Positions 43,036-55,800 of a stretch of 64,000 nt of DNA are shown piece after piece. Position numbers and translations under genes: made by a program. Origin of the DNA: Alphaproteobacteria bacterium (GTDB lineage Bacteria; Pseudomonadota; Alphaproteobacteria; GCA-2731375); NCBI GenBank assembly GCA_965225945.1, contig CBDDBZ010000004.1, positions 1 through 64,000 of the forward strand, given 5' to 3'. Under the pieces are notes generated by a model. The model searched no databases. It was not told the origin of the DNA and was given only the letters and a program-made list of their open reading frames with translations. Position 1 is the stretch's first letter; the number at the start of each line of letters is the position of its first letter.

Positions 43036-44233
43036 CTCACCACCCATCAATTTCTCCAGACTTCCCAGAGGGGCGGGAGGGGGATGAGTCGCTGGAGGCA
43101 GGTCTGGATGCGGCGGATGCCACGTTTGAACAGCGATGTCAGGCTGCGTAGCAGGTTGCGGGGTCGCTTTTCCGGCGGTTTTTTTCGCCCGGGGTGGCCT
43201 TGTTGACCACGTCCCACATGCCGACGGACACGGCCCAGAACAGCGCCAGCGCCATGACCAGGATAAGGCGACCCAAGCGGTCGGTGCGTTGGATGTGGCT
43301 GTCCTCAATACCGAAGCCTCGGGTTTTGAAGTCGGAGAACATGGGTTCAATGCCCCACCGGAGCCCGTAATCGAAGGCCCGATGTTTGGTGGGGGCTTCG
43401 GACAGCGCGATGATCCAGGGCTCCGGGTGGCCCGCCTCGTGCACCATGGCGACGTTGGTGGCGACCCGCTTCTCGGTGAGGTCGATGCCGGTGAGCATGT
43501 GCTCGCCCCGGGCGAAACACTCGGCCAGGGTGGTCTCCCCACCGTCCTCGAACACCAACAGGTGCTGCTTGAGCCGCAAGCGCCAGTCCCAGCCCTGGTC
43601 CCGGCACCAGGCGATCAAGGCGGGCGAACCGTAGAAACGGTCGCCCATCAGCACAGGCTTGGCGCTGGCGGGCAGCAACGCCACGACCGCCTCCAATGCC
43701 TCGCGCTGCTCGCCAAAGCCGATCGCCCCTCGGGTCTCCTTGATCCGCCATGACAGCGGCAACGCCCGCCCGGCGATCCGCACCGCCACCATCACCGCCT
43801 GATGGCGGGCCGTCAACTGGGTCTGGTCCATGATCAGGACAATTTGTTGCCCGCCTGCCCCGACCCGCGCCAGAACGTCGCGTCCGTAAGGCGCCATCAC
43901 CGCGTCGACCTCGATCAAGTCGTTGCCCAAAAGCCGGCTGATCCACTGATAGCGCATGTCCAGCCGTTCTGCCGCACGCGGCAGGCGCGCGGCAGGGACG
44001 CCGCCAAGTCCATCAGGTTCGCGCTCCGAACGTCCAGCATCGTCGCCACCAAAAGCGACAGTCCCTCGCGCTGCTTCTTGTTCTGCCCGGCAAGACGCCC
44101 CAGCATGTCCTCACCGATCGTCCCCGACAGCATCTCGATACCAACCATCCGTCGAACTCCGCCTGTGAAAAGGGCGGATTTCTTGAATCACATCAAGATT
44201 CTACAAGGCAAGCAAAATCTGATGGGTGGTAAG
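43036..44233 (-). mobile_element. IS4-family insertion sequence with frameshifted transposase (~44148-43139)
   Basis: TIRs ctcaccacccatca / rc cttaccacccatca; 10-bp TSD ctttcgccgc (43026-35, 44234-43). DDE motifs LIMDQT, MGDRFYG and YGLRWGIEPMFSDFK; frame break at ~43960-43990. Confidence 0.9.
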
Positions 44234-44303
44234 CTTTCGCCGCGGCCGATCCGTGCTATGTCACGGGGCTTCGGCGGTCGCGGTAATTGCGGGGAGAGAG
44301 ACC

Positions 44304-45512
<1,209 letters not shown>

Positions 45513-45622
45513 GCGGCGCCCCCCAACCGAGCCTACGACCGACACCATCGACCCGCCATGCTCCGAGCCAGGGGCCCACAGGCGTCCGATCGGCGAGGTT
45601 GCAATTGACGCCGCCGGCCGGT

Positions 45623-46102
45623 TCAGTGCCGGATCGGAAAGGCCCGGTGCTCGACGCGGTCGCCCGCGCGGATCCCCAGGCGCGCGGCGGTACCGCCCAG
45701 CAGCTCGAGCACGGCACTGACCGGCATGTCCGAACGAATCGACTGTAGCGAGCCAGGCACCGCGCGGTGGTGCAAGTCGAGGATCTCGCCCGACTTCGAA
45801 ATGAACACCATGTCGAGCGAAAGCCGCGTGTTCTTCATCCAGAAGCTGGCGACCTGCTCCCGATCGAAGAGGAACAGCATACCCTCGTCGCCGCCCATAC
45901 GGGTTCGGAACATCAGACCTCGCGAGCGCAAGGCCGGGGTGTCGACGATTTCCACCGCGAAGGGGAAGCGCGCGCCGGCCTCGGTTTCGATGACGAGTTT
46001 CTCCCGCTCGACCGCGAGGAGGCCGTTCGGGGCGAAGCATACGAGAAGCACGAACGCGCTCAGCAGCCGGCAAACCCCGACTCGCGCGGCGAATGGCCTC
46101 AC
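45623..46102 (-). CDS. DUF192 family protein
   Basis: RGLMFR..GMLF.F, FWMKNT.LSLDMVFI, VLEL.GG. Confidence 0.92.
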   Translation of the reverse strand: MRPFAARVGVCRLLSAFVLLVCFAPNGLLAVEREKLVIETEAGARFPFAVEIVDTPALRSRGLMFRTRMGGDEGMLFLFDREQVASFWMKNTRLSLDMVFISKSGEILDLHHRAVPGSLQSIRSDMPVSAVLELLGGTAARLGIRAGDRVEHRAFPIRH

Positions 46103-46449
46103 ATCCGGCTCCAGCCGACGTAGGCGCCGCGCATGGCCTCCATCGCGTCGCGGGTATCCGTGCTGGCCTCGCCCTTCGCCTCGCGCGCGCGTACATAGGA
46201 GTCCCGCGCCTCGACGAAGGCGCGCCAGGCTTCCGCCTTCTCGATCAGGATAGCGTTGCGCATCTCCTGTTCTTCGTCGACGCAGACCCGGAGCGCCTGT
46301 TGGAGATGTTCCGCCACGTCCGTGCGACCGACGAAAATGGCCTGGTTGAGGGCATTCAGGACCTTGTCGGCAAGACGCCGATTATAGGAGGTGAGGCCAT
46401 GATCGGCGACCAGGTCGTCGATCGACCATTGTTCCGGTTCCTCACGCAT
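46099..46449 (-). CDS. Hypothetical helical protein
   Basis: RRLADKVLNALNQA...DVAEHL; RBS ggag; GTGA overlap with DUF192. Confidence 0.65.
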   Translation of the reverse strand: MREEPEQWSIDDLVADHGLTSYNRRLADKVLNALNQAIFVGRTDVAEHLQQALRVCVDEEQEMRNAILIEKAEAWRAFVEARDSYVRAREAKGEASTDTRDAMEAMRGAYVGWSRM

Positions 46450-46614
46450 CGCACATCTCCACAGATCGGATCGGGTCGACTTGATAGGGCATGGCCGACC
46501 GACACGGCAGCCCTGCGCGGCGGCCATATCGGCGAGGCCACCAAATCGGCGGCCGCCGAAGGCCGACCGCCGCTGGTCGCGCCAAGGCGCGGAGATCTCG
46601 AGCCGGCCGGGCGA

Positions 46615-47256
46615 TCAGGGCCGGTTAGACTCGATCCTGCTCTTGATCCTATCGACCAAGGCGGCGGCGGCGTCCTTGGTCGGCTTGCCATCCGAGTCGG
46701 CCGCCGGCGCCGGTGCGGGATCCTCCGCCGGGACAGCCGCTAAGGCCGGCGTCTCTCCCGCCTCCGCCTCCTCCGCCTCCTCCGCCTCGGCCACGAGCGC
46801 GACGGCGGCGGGCGCCGCCGGGGCGGGCGCGGCCGCCGCATCACCCTCGACGCGGGCGACGAGCTGTTCCAGCATCTCCGCGAGACCGTTCTTTTCGGTC
46901 TCGACCGCCTGCTTCTCGGCCTTGAGCGTGACCACTTCCTGCTCGGCCGCCTGTTTCGCCTGGTCGAGCTGCTCCATTTCAGCCCGCGTCTGCTCCTGCG
47001 AGACCTCCAGGTTCTTGCTCGCTTCCTCGGCGGCCTTGCGCCCGCTCTCGGCTTGCGCCGATTCCAACATCAGCTTCTGATTATTTTCCTTGAGCGTCTG
47101 CGCCTCGCTCGACAGGCCGTCGCGCTCGTTCGTCCGCGCCGAGACCAAGGTCTCGAGCCGTTCGATCGTCACGCGCGCTTCGTCCTGCTTCTCCTTGCGC
47201 CCGTCGAGCGCCGCCGCCGCCGCCGCGCGAGCCTGTAATTCCTGTAGATTACTCAT
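46615..47256 (-). CDS. Coiled-coil protein with acidic Ala/Pro-rich linker
   Basis: GGAGG RBS, long Glu/Ala/Gln heptad region, short C-terminal helix. Confidence 0.7.
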   Translation of the reverse strand: MSNLQELQARAAAAAALDGRKEKQDEARVTIERLETLVSARTNERDGLSSEAQTLKENNQKLMLESAQAESGRKAAEEASKNLEVSQEQTRAEMEQLDQAKQAAEQEVVTLKAEKQAVETEKNGLAEMLEQLVARVEGDAAAAPAPAAPAAVALVAEAEEAEEAEAGETPALAAVPAEDPAPAPAADSDGKPTKDAAAALVDRIKSRIESNRP

Positions 47257-47788
47257 GGCGTTACCTCCATCACGCGCGCGATGGGTCCCGGATTCGGACC
47301 TGAACCCTCGCCGCCGTTCTTTTCTTCCCTAAATATGCCGCGTTGTGCGCCGAATGTGAAGGGCTTTCGGGACAAATCACGCAACTTTTCCGCGACAAAC
47401 GGCGCGGCGAAGCGGCAAGATCGACGACTGTTCGGAGGGAAAAAGGGAAAATATTTATAGGGAACGCGTTCGCCAGACGCGGAGAGCGGGCCACGTAGCT
47501 TGCGGAATGATCATCTCGCGGGCCACCATGGCGGGGCCCCTCGTCTCGCGTTTGCCACATGCGCGGGAGCTCTTCGCCGCCAACCACGTGGCGCTGGCCT
47601 GGTATCTCGACCATAGCTTCGAGATCATCGGTGGTGGATTTGCCGCGCTTCGGAGGCGGCGGGTTGTCGAGATCCACCCGCGCCGGACGGTGAGTGACAG
47701 CGGAGGAGTCCTCGGCTGGGCATCGGCGCGGCCTTCGCTTATTGTTGCCAGCACGCGCGTGATTTCGTGAGCACGGGGAGGGAATAGA

Positions 47789-48655
47789 ATGCGCATCGTC
47801 AATTTCAGCAAGAATGGGACGCCCACGCTCGCGGTACGCCGGCGGCGGAAGCTGGTGGATCTCTCGATCGCGGCGCCGGAGCTGGCGAGCGATCTGAGGA
47901 GCCTGGTGGCCGGCGGCGCCCGGGCCTTGGAGAACGCCGCGGCCGCGGCCGCCAAGGCCGGCGCCGACGCCCAGGTCGACGAGAAGGGCCTGATTTACCT
48001 GCCGCCGGTGCACAATCCGAGCAAAATCATTTGCCTCGGCCTCAATTATCGCGACCACGCGATCGAGACCGGCAATCCGATCCCGAAATATCCCGTGGTT
48101 TTCACCCGGGCGGCGACCACGCTCACCGGCCATGGCCAGCGGATGGTCGTGCCCAAGGTCTCGAAGCAGCTCGACTACGAATGCGAGCTCGCGGTTGTCA
48201 TCGGCAAGGGCGGGCGGCATATTCGCAAGGCCCGCGCCCTCGACCACGTCGCGGGCTATTCCTGCTTCAACGACGGCTCGATCCGCGACTATCAGTTCAA
48301 GTCGAGCCAGTTCATCATGGGCAAGAACTTCGACGCCACCGGCGGTTTCGGGCCAGAGATGGTGACGCCGGACGAGCTGCCGGCCGGTGCCAACGGTCTC
48401 GACATCACCACCAAGCTGAACGGCAAGTCGATGCAGAAGTCGAATACCGAACAGCACATCTTCGACGTGCCGACGACGATCCAGGTGCTTTCCGAGGTGA
48501 TGACGCTGGAGTCGGGCGACGTCATCATCATGGGTACGCCCCACGGCGTCGGCGCCGCCCGCAAGCCCCCTGTCTGGATGAAGTCGGGCGATGTCTGCGA
48601 AATCACCATCAAGGGCATCGGCACGTTGATGAACCGAATCGTCGGCGAGAAGTAG
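47789..48655 (+). CDS. Fumarylacetoacetate hydrolase family protein
   Basis: KIICLGLNYRDH, LDYECEL, GYSCFNDGSIRD, GKNFD, GTP.GVG. Confidence 0.94.
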   Translation: MRIVNFSKNGTPTLAVRRRRKLVDLSIAAPELASDLRSLVAGGARALENAAAAAAKAGADAQVDEKGLIYLPPVHNPSKIICLGLNYRDHAIETGNPIPKYPVVFTRAATTLTGHGQRMVVPKVSKQLDYECELAVVIGKGGRHIRKARALDHVAGYSCFNDGSIRDYQFKSSQFIMGKNFDATGGFGPEMVTPDELPAGANGLDITTKLNGKSMQKSNTEQHIFDVPTTIQVLSEVMTLESGDVIIMGTPHGVGAARKPPVWMKSGDVCEITIKGIGTLMNRIVGEK

Positions 48656-48695
48656 CCCCCCGAACCACCACTTCGACGACGAAGGATCGACGGCC

Positions 48696-49571
48696 TTGGA
48701 CACGTCCGTGAACGGCGCCTACCAGCCGCGCCGCAGCTTCATCTTCGCCCCCGGCACCCGCCCGGACATGTTCCCCAAGGCGCTGGCCTCCGGCGCCGAT
48801 ATCGTCTGCGTCGACCTGGAGGACGCGATCGCGCCGCAACACAAGGACGAGGCACGCGAGAAGACCCTGGCGCTATTCCACGAGCCACAGGCCGACGACG
48901 GGGTCGAACGGATGGTCCGGGTCAATTGCTTGCGCACGCGTGACGGCTACGCCGATATCGTGGCGATCCTCGACGCCCCGGCGCCACCGCCGGCGATCAT
49001 GTTGCCCAAGGTCGTCTCGCCCGACGAGGTCGCGGGCCTCGACGAGCTGTTCACCGAAAGCGATGTTCCCACCCGCCTCCACGTCATCATCGAGACCAAT
49101 CGCGGCCTCGAGGCCTGTCACGAGATCGCCCGCGCGACGGATCGGATCGACGCGCTCTTCTTCGGCGGGGTCGACATGGCGGCGGAGCTCGGGGCCGGCG
49201 GCGATTGGGCCTCGCTGCTCTATGCCCGCGCCCGGCTGGCGCACGCGGCGGCGAACGCCGAACTCGACGTGATCGACGTGCCGTTCCTGGATCTCAACGA
49301 CCTCGACGGCATGCGGGCAGAGGCAGAGGCCTGCGCCAACCTCGGCTTCAGTGGCAAGGGCTCGATCCATCCCAAGCAGATCCCGATCCTGAACGAGGTG
49401 TTCGGTCCGAGCGAGGCCCAGGTCGCGCATGCCCGCCGGATCATCACGGAGTTCGAGGCCGGTGACAGCGGGCTGCTGGTCGTCGATGGCAAGCTGATCG
49501 AGAAACCGGTGCTCAGGACGATGTATCGCCTCGTCGCCGTGGCCGAACAGATCGCCGCCCGCGCGACGTAG
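48696..49571 (+). CDS. CitE/HpcH-family CoA-ester lyase
   Basis: RRSFIFAPG, DLEDAI, VRVN, IET..G, GK.SIHP.QI, VDGKLIE.P; start could be 48708. Confidence 0.9.
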   Translation: MDTSVNGAYQPRRSFIFAPGTRPDMFPKALASGADIVCVDLEDAIAPQHKDEAREKTLALFHEPQADDGVERMVRVNCLRTRDGYADIVAILDAPAPPPAIMLPKVVSPDEVAGLDELFTESDVPTRLHVIIETNRGLEACHEIARATDRIDALFFGGVDMAAELGAGGDWASLLYARARLAHAAANAELDVIDVPFLDLNDLDGMRAEAEACANLGFSGKGSIHPKQIPILNEVFGPSEAQVAHARRIITEFEAGDSGLLVVDGKLIEKPVLRTMYRLVAVAEQIAARAT

Positions 49572-49671
49572 CGGCCGAGGCGCGATGTCCCGGCTTGCTT
49601 GCAATCCGTTATTGCCGAATTATACCTTTCAAGATCGGTATTCGATCCTAATTAGGAAATGATTCCGTGAA

Positions 49672-50619
49672 ATGGAATGCGCCATCCACGTGATCCACGA
49701 GAACACCGAGTGGTCGGCCCCCCTCTTCGCCGAGCTGACGGTGCGCGGTCTTCCCTTCGAGGACTGGTATCTCGATGCCGGCGGCCTCGATCTCTCGGCG
49801 CCCCCGCCTGAGGGTGTCTTCTACAACCGGATGAGCGCGTCGGCCCACACCCGCGGACACCGCTATTCGCCGGAATACGCCGGCGCCGTGCTCGCCTGGC
49901 TGGACGGCCATGATCGCCGCGTGATCAACGATTCCCGCGCGCTTCGCCTGGAGATCAGCAAGGTCGCGCAATATATGGCGCTCGGCCGCCACGGCATTCG
50001 GGTCCCGAAGACGATCGCCGCCGTCGGCGGCGAAGCGATCCGCGAGGCGGCGGCCGCCTTCGACGGCCCGTTCATCACCAAACACAACCGCGCCGGCAAG
50101 GGCCTCGGCGTCCATCTCTTCGAGACGCCGGGCGAGTTGGACGGCTATCTGGCTAGCTCCGAGTTCGAGCCGCCGGTCGACGGCATCACCCTCGTCCAGC
50201 ACTACATCCGCGCGCCGGAGCCGTTCATTACCCGGGTCGAGTTCGTCGGTGGCGAATTACTCTACGCCGTCAGGGTCGATACCTCCGAGGGTTTCGAGCT
50301 CTGCCCGGCCGACGTCTGCGCGCTGCCCGACGGCCCCCGAGAAACGTTCGAGATCATCCCCGACTTCGAGAGCCCACTGGTCGAGAAATACCGTGCCTTC
50401 CTGGCCGACAACGGCATCGCCGTCGCCGGCATCGAGTTCATCGAAGACGCGGATGGCACCCACTTTACTTACGACGTCAACACCAACACCAATTACAACC
50501 CCCCGGCCGAGAGCAAGGCCGGCATCTCCGCCATGGCGGCCATCGCGCGCTATTTAGGCCAGGAGTTGGCCCGCCAGTCCTGCGCCGATAACTGGCGCGA
50601 GGCGATGGCCGGTTCGTGA
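49672..50619 (+). CDS. RimK-like ATP-grasp protein
   Basis: NRMSAS.HTR, KHNRAGKGLGV, RVEFVGG, YDVNTNTNYN. Confidence 0.88.
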   Translation: MECAIHVIHENTEWSAPLFAELTVRGLPFEDWYLDAGGLDLSAPPPEGVFYNRMSASAHTRGHRYSPEYAGAVLAWLDGHDRRVINDSRALRLEISKVAQYMALGRHGIRVPKTIAAVGGEAIREAAAAFDGPFITKHNRAGKGLGVHLFETPGELDGYLASSEFEPPVDGITLVQHYIRAPEPFITRVEFVGGELLYAVRVDTSEGFELCPADVCALPDGPRETFEIIPDFESPLVEKYRAFLADNGIAVAGIEFIEDADGTHFTYDVNTNTNYNPPAESKAGISAMAAIARYLGQELARQSCADNWREAMAGS

Positions 50620-50660
50620 CGATTTGCGCCGCCATGTGACGGCGTGATAGGCGTCGGATC

Positions 50661-51098
50661 ATGAAGCTGCCCCTCGAAGGTGGATGTCAGTGCGGCCGGG
50701 TGCGCTATCGCGTTACCGGCCGACCGCGCGCGCTCTACGCCTGTCACTGCACCGAATGCCAGCGCCAGTCGGGAAGCGCCTTCGGGCTCTCGCTCCTGGT
50801 GAACCACGCCGACATGGAGGTGACGGGCGCACTGAATTCCTTTGGCCGACCGACCGAGGGGGGCGACGTCAACCGAGGCTACTTCTGCCCGAAGTGCGGC
50901 ACCCGGATCTATCACCGGAACGACGGGTCGCCGCGGACGCTTTCGATCAAGCCCGGCACGCTCGACGACACCTCCTGGCTCCGCCCCCGCGGCCACATCT
51001 GGCGGCGAAGCGGACAAACCTGGTTCATCCCGCCCTCCGACCAGCCCAGCCACGACGGGCAGCCCACGGACCCGGGAATTTTCCATTTAGACGACTGA
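50661..51098 (+). CDS. GFA/CENP-V family protein
   Basis: GGCQCG.VRY, CHCTECQRQSGSAF, FCPKCGT. Confidence 0.93.
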   Translation: MKLPLEGGCQCGRVRYRVTGRPRALYACHCTECQRQSGSAFGLSLLVNHADMEVTGALNSFGRPTEGGDVNRGYFCPKCGTRIYHRNDGSPRTLSIKPGTLDDTSWLRPRGHIWRRSGQTWFIPPSDQPSHDGQPTDPGIFHLDD

Positions 51099-51158
51099 CC
51101 AGCCCGACACCGCCGCCCTTGAATTCCGACCGCCACGTCCCACATGAGCGGACGACGC

Positions 51159-51177
51159 ATATATCACTTTGATATAT
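51159..51177. promoter_or_regulatory. Palindromic operator upstream of PadR-RND operon
   Basis: Perfect atatatca-ctt-tgatatat, 38 bp before the padR ATG. Confidence 0.7.
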
Positions 51178-51215
51178 CGTCACCCGACGGACGACGGGAC
51201 GGGGACGGCGGGATC

Positions 51216-51758
51216 ATGGACGTCAAAACGATGTGCCTGGGCGTGTTGTCGATCCGCGAGGCCACGGGCTACGAGATCAAGAAGCGCCTCGAGGGGCCGT
51301 TCCGGCACTTCTATCAGGCCAGCTTCGGGGCGATCTATCCGGCGCTCGGCGGCCTGCTGAAGGGCGGCCTGGTCAGCGTCAGGGAGCAGGCACAGGACGG
51401 CAAGCCCGACAAGAAAATCTATTCCCTGACCGAAGCCGGTCGCCTAGCGCTCCTGGAAGAACTGTCGCGCCCGCCCGGGAGGGACAAAATTCGCTCCGAG
51501 TTCCTGGCCCAGATGGTCTTCGTCGAGCTGTTGCCGGACGACTTGGTGGCCGAGTGGATCGAGACCCGGCTGGCGCACTATGAAACACAGCTCTCGGAAT
51601 TGGGCGAGATCGACGCCGATCGTCTCCCGCCGGGGCGGCGCTTCGTGCTCGGCTACGGCTTGGCGGTCTATCGGGCCGGCAACGACTATCTTCGCGCCAA
51701 CCGGCATCGGCTCGAGCAAGCGTCGCGTCCGACGGCCGGCCGCGACGCGTCGGATTAG
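51216..51758 (+). CDS. PadR-family (AphA-like) regulator
   Basis: ATGYEIKK, AS.G.IYPAL, KPDKKIYSLTEAG. Confidence 0.92.
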   Translation: MDVKTMCLGVLSIREATGYEIKKRLEGPFRHFYQASFGAIYPALGGLLKGGLVSVREQAQDGKPDKKIYSLTEAGRLALLEELSRPPGRDKIRSEFLAQMVFVELLPDDLVAEWIETRLAHYETQLSELGEIDADRLPPGRRFVLGYGLAVYRAGNDYLRANRHRLEQASRPTAGRDASD

Positions 51759-51770
51759 GGAGAGGCGACG

Positions 51771-52874
51771 ATGCGACGAAGCGTCCTCTACGCCGCCCTG
51801 ATCGCGCTCGCCGCCGTCGCCTGGGTGGCGAGCGGCAATCTGCCCGACTGGGTGGCAAGCGCCGGCGACGAGGCGCGGCCCACCGCCGAGGCCACGTCGG
51901 CCACCGAAAAGGCGGACCGACCCCTCCCCTCCGTTCGCGTGATGCGATCCATCGCGCGGGAGCGCCGGCGCGAGGTGCTGGTCTATGGCCACACGGAGGC
52001 CATCCGCAAGGTCGACATCAAGGCCGAGACGCCGGGTCGCGTGGTCGCGCTGCCGACGCCGAAGGGGGCCCGGGTCAAGAAGGGACAGATCATCGCCCGC
52101 CTGGCCATCGACGAGCGCGAGGCGATGCTGCGGGAGGCCGAGGCCCTGGTCCGCCAGCGAGAGATCGAATACAGCGCCGCCAAACGGCTGAAGGCCAAGG
52201 GCTTCCGCGCCGAGACCACCTTTGCGGCGACGCGCGCCAGCCTGGACGCGGCGCGGGCTCAAGTCACCCGGATCGAGATCGACATCGCCAAGACCCGGGT
52301 CCGCGCACCCTTCGACGGCGTCATCGAGGCGCAACCGGCGGAACTCGGCGCCTACCTCAAGGTGGGCGAAGTGGTTGCCCAGCTGATCGACCAGGATCCC
52401 TATCTGGTGATCGGCTCCCTCTCCGAGAACGATATCGCCGGCCTGGCGCCGGGTGCCACGGCCAGTGCCGTGCTGGTAACCGGAGAGCGACTGGAAGGCC
52501 GCATCCGCTTCATCGCCGCGGCCGCCGATCCCGCGACCCGCACCTTCCGGATCGAGCTCGAGGTGGCAAACCCCGAGGGTCGGCTGCGCGACGGCATTAC
52601 TGCCGAGCTAAAGCTGCCGCTCGGCATGCTCAGGGCCCATCGGCTTTCGCCCGCGCTCCTGGTGCTGAACGATGAAGGCAGCATCGGCGTCCGCGCGATC
52701 GGCGAGGACGACCGGGTGGTCTTCCACGCCGTGAGCGTGCTCGGCGACGACGCCGAGGGTGTCTGGGTCGCCGGCCTGCCGGAGAGCGTCGACATTATCG
52801 CCGTCGGCCAAGGCTACGTGCGCGCCGGTCAGGTCGTCCGCGTGATCCGCGTGGGCGCGGACGCCGACTCGTGA
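51771..52874 (+). CDS. RND efflux periplasmic adaptor subunit
   Basis: N-terminal anchor, AETPGRV..G..VKKGQ, RAPFDGV, ADPATRTFRIE. Confidence 0.93.
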   Translation: MRRSVLYAALIALAAVAWVASGNLPDWVASAGDEARPTAEATSATEKADRPLPSVRVMRSIARERRREVLVYGHTEAIRKVDIKAETPGRVVALPTPKGARVKKGQIIARLAIDEREAMLREAEALVRQREIEYSAAKRLKAKGFRAETTFAATRASLDAARAQVTRIEIDIAKTRVRAPFDGVIEAQPAELGAYLKVGEVVAQLIDQDPYLVIGSLSENDIAGLAPGATASAVLVTGERLEGRIRFIAAAADPATRTFRIELEVANPEGRLRDGITAELKLPLGMLRAHRLSPALLVLNDEGSIGVRAIGEDDRVVFHAVSVLGDDAEGVWVAGLPESVDIIAVGQGYVRAGQVVRVIRVGADADS

Positions 52875-55800
52875 ACGCGATCATCGACGCCGCGATCCGC
52901 CGTTCGCGGACGGTGTTGAGCGTAATGGCGCTGATCATCGGCGCCGGCCTGGTCTCCTATCTGACCATCCCCAAGGAGAGCAGCCCCGACATCCCCATCC
53001 CCATCCTCTACGTCCTGATGGGCCACGAGGGAATTTCGCCGGAGGACGCGGAACGCCTCCTCGCCCGACCGATGGAACAGGCGCTCAGGGGGATCGAGGG
53101 CGTGCGCGAGATGCGGACCACCGCCTCGGAAGGCCGGGCCTCGGTGTTGCTGGAGTTCGACGCCGGCTTCGACGCCAATCAGGCGCTGCTCGAGGTCCGC
53201 GAGAAGGTCGACGAGACCAAGCCGGAGCTGCCGGAGGACAGCGACGAGCCGACCGTGCACGAGGTCAACATCGGCCTCTTCCCGGTGCTGGTGGTGACGC
53301 TCGCGGGCGAATTGCCGGAGCGCGCGCTCTTCGCCATCGCCCGCGACCTGGAGGAGGAGCTGGAAGCGCTTCCCGGAGTGCTGGAGGCCGACATCGCCGG
53401 CGACCGGGAGGAGTTGCTGGAGATCGTCATCGATCCGGGCCGCCTGCAGAGCTACGGCATCTCAGAGATCGAGCTGTTCGAGGCCGTGGCCCGCAACAAC
53501 CGCCTGGTCGCGGCTGGCGCGCTGGACACCGGCCGGGGCAACTTCGCGGTCAAGGTGCCGGGCCTGTTCGACGAGGCCTCCGACATCCTCGGCCTGCCGA
53601 TCCGCGCCAGCGGCGACGGGCTGGTGAGGCTCGAGGACGTGACCCGGGTGCATCGGACCTTCAAGGACGCCACCGGTCACGCCCGGGTCGACGGCCGGCG
53701 CGCGGTAACGATCGAGATCAAGAAGCGGATCGGCGAGAACGTCATCGAGACCATCGAGGCCGTCCGCGCCACCGTGGCCGAGGCGGCCAAGAGCTGGCCG
53801 GAGGGTGTCGAGGTCGCCTTCATCCAGGACGCCTCCAAGCAAATCCGCAACATCCTGTTCGACCTTCAGAACAGCGTGCTGATTGCCATTCTGCTGGTGA
53901 TGATCGTGGTTGTCGCGGCCCTCGGATTCCGCACCGCGACCCTGGTCGGCCTGGCCATTCCGACCTCCTTCCTGTTCGGCATGCTGGTGCTGGACGGCTC
54001 CGGTCTGACGGTCAACATCGTCGTCCTCTTCGCGATGATCCTCGCCGTCGGCATGCTGGTCGACGGCGCCATCGTGGTGACGGAATACGCCGATCGGAAG
54101 ATGGCCGAGGGTGAGCCGCGCGACCGCGCCTACGCGGCGGCCGCCAAGCGCATGGCGTGGCCGATCACCGCCTCGACCGCGACCACGTTGGCTGCCTTCA
54201 TGCCGCTTCTGTTCTGGCCCGACGTGGTGGGCGAGTTCATGAAATTTCTGCCGATCACGCTGATCGCCACGCTCGCGGGGTCGCTGGTGACGGCGCTGAT
54301 CTTCGTGCCGACGCTCGGCGCCAAGATCGGCCGCCCTGGCACTCTCGATCCCAAGGCGATGCGGGCGCTGGCCCAGGCCGAGACCGGCGACGTGCTGCGC
54401 CTGCCCGGTCTCACCGGTGTCTATACGCGGGCCCTCGCCGTGCTTATCCGCCATCCCTTGAAGATCGTGGTCGTCGCCCTCGCCCTACTGGTCGGCGTTC
54501 AGGGCTACTACTGGACCCATGGCAACGGCATCGAGTTCTTTCCCAGGGTCGAGCCGGAGCAGGCGCTGATCTACGTCCACGCCCGGGGCAACCTCTCCAC
54601 CGCCGAAAAGGACGCATTGGTCCGCGAGGTGGAGGACCGAGCGCTTCGATCAGACGGCATCGCCACCGTCTATGCCCGCTCCGGCCAGCGGCTCGAGGGT
54701 GACGACGTCGCCGACGACGTGATCGGCATCATCTTCCTCGAGTTCGCCGACTGGCGGGCGCGCCGCGCCTCGTCCGAGATCCTGCGCGAGATTCGCGCGC
54801 GGACCACCGAACTCGCGGGCATCCTGGTGGAGACGCGGGAGCCGAAGGCGGGCCCACCGACGGGGAAGGACATCCAGATCGAGCTTCGGGCTAGGCAGCC
54901 GGAGCGGCTGGCGCCGGTAGTGCGCCGAGTGCGCGCCTTCATGGAGACCCTGCCCGGCCTGATCGACATCGAGGACAGCCGACCGCTCGAAGGTATCGAA
55001 TGGGTGATCGAGGTCGATCGCGGTCGCGCCGCCCGCTTCGGCGTCGACATGGGCATGGTCGGCAACGTCATCAAATTGGTCACCAACGGCATCAAGGTCG
55101 GCGACTACCGGCCCGACGACGCCGACGACGAGATCGACATCCGAGTCCGCTTCCCATTGGACGAGCGGCACTTCGATCAGATCGATCGCCTGCGCATCGC
55201 CACGGACGCGGGACAGGTGCCGATCGGCAACTTCGTCACCCGCCGGGCCAAGCGCGCGACAGGAACACTCAGGCGAATCGACGGGCGGCGCGCGATCACG
55301 GTCAAGGCCAATGTCGAGGAGGGCATTCTCGCCGACGACAAGGTCGAGGAAATTCGCGCCTGGCTCGCCGGCGAAGCGCTCGACCCCGCCGTCGGCATCC
55401 GCTTCAAGGGCGCCGAGGACAAGCAGAAGAAGGCACAGGCATTCTTGATCAAGGCCTTCGCCGTCGCCATCTTCATCATGGCGATCATCCTGGTGACCCA
55501 GTTCAACAGCTTCTATCGCGCCTTCCTGATCTTGAGCGCGGTGATCCTCTCGACCGTGGGCGTCCTGCTCGGCCTGCTGATCACCGGCCAGACCTTCGGC
55601 ATCGTCATGACCGGCATCGGCATCATTTCGCTCGCCGGCATCGTGGTGAACAACAATATCGTCCTGATCGACACCTATGCTCGGCTCAGGGCCGCCGGCA
55701 TGGAAGCGACGGAGGCGATCCTCAGGACCGGCGCGCAACGTCTGCGCCCCGTCGTGCTGACCACGGTCACCACCATCACCGGGCTGCTGCCGATGGTCTT

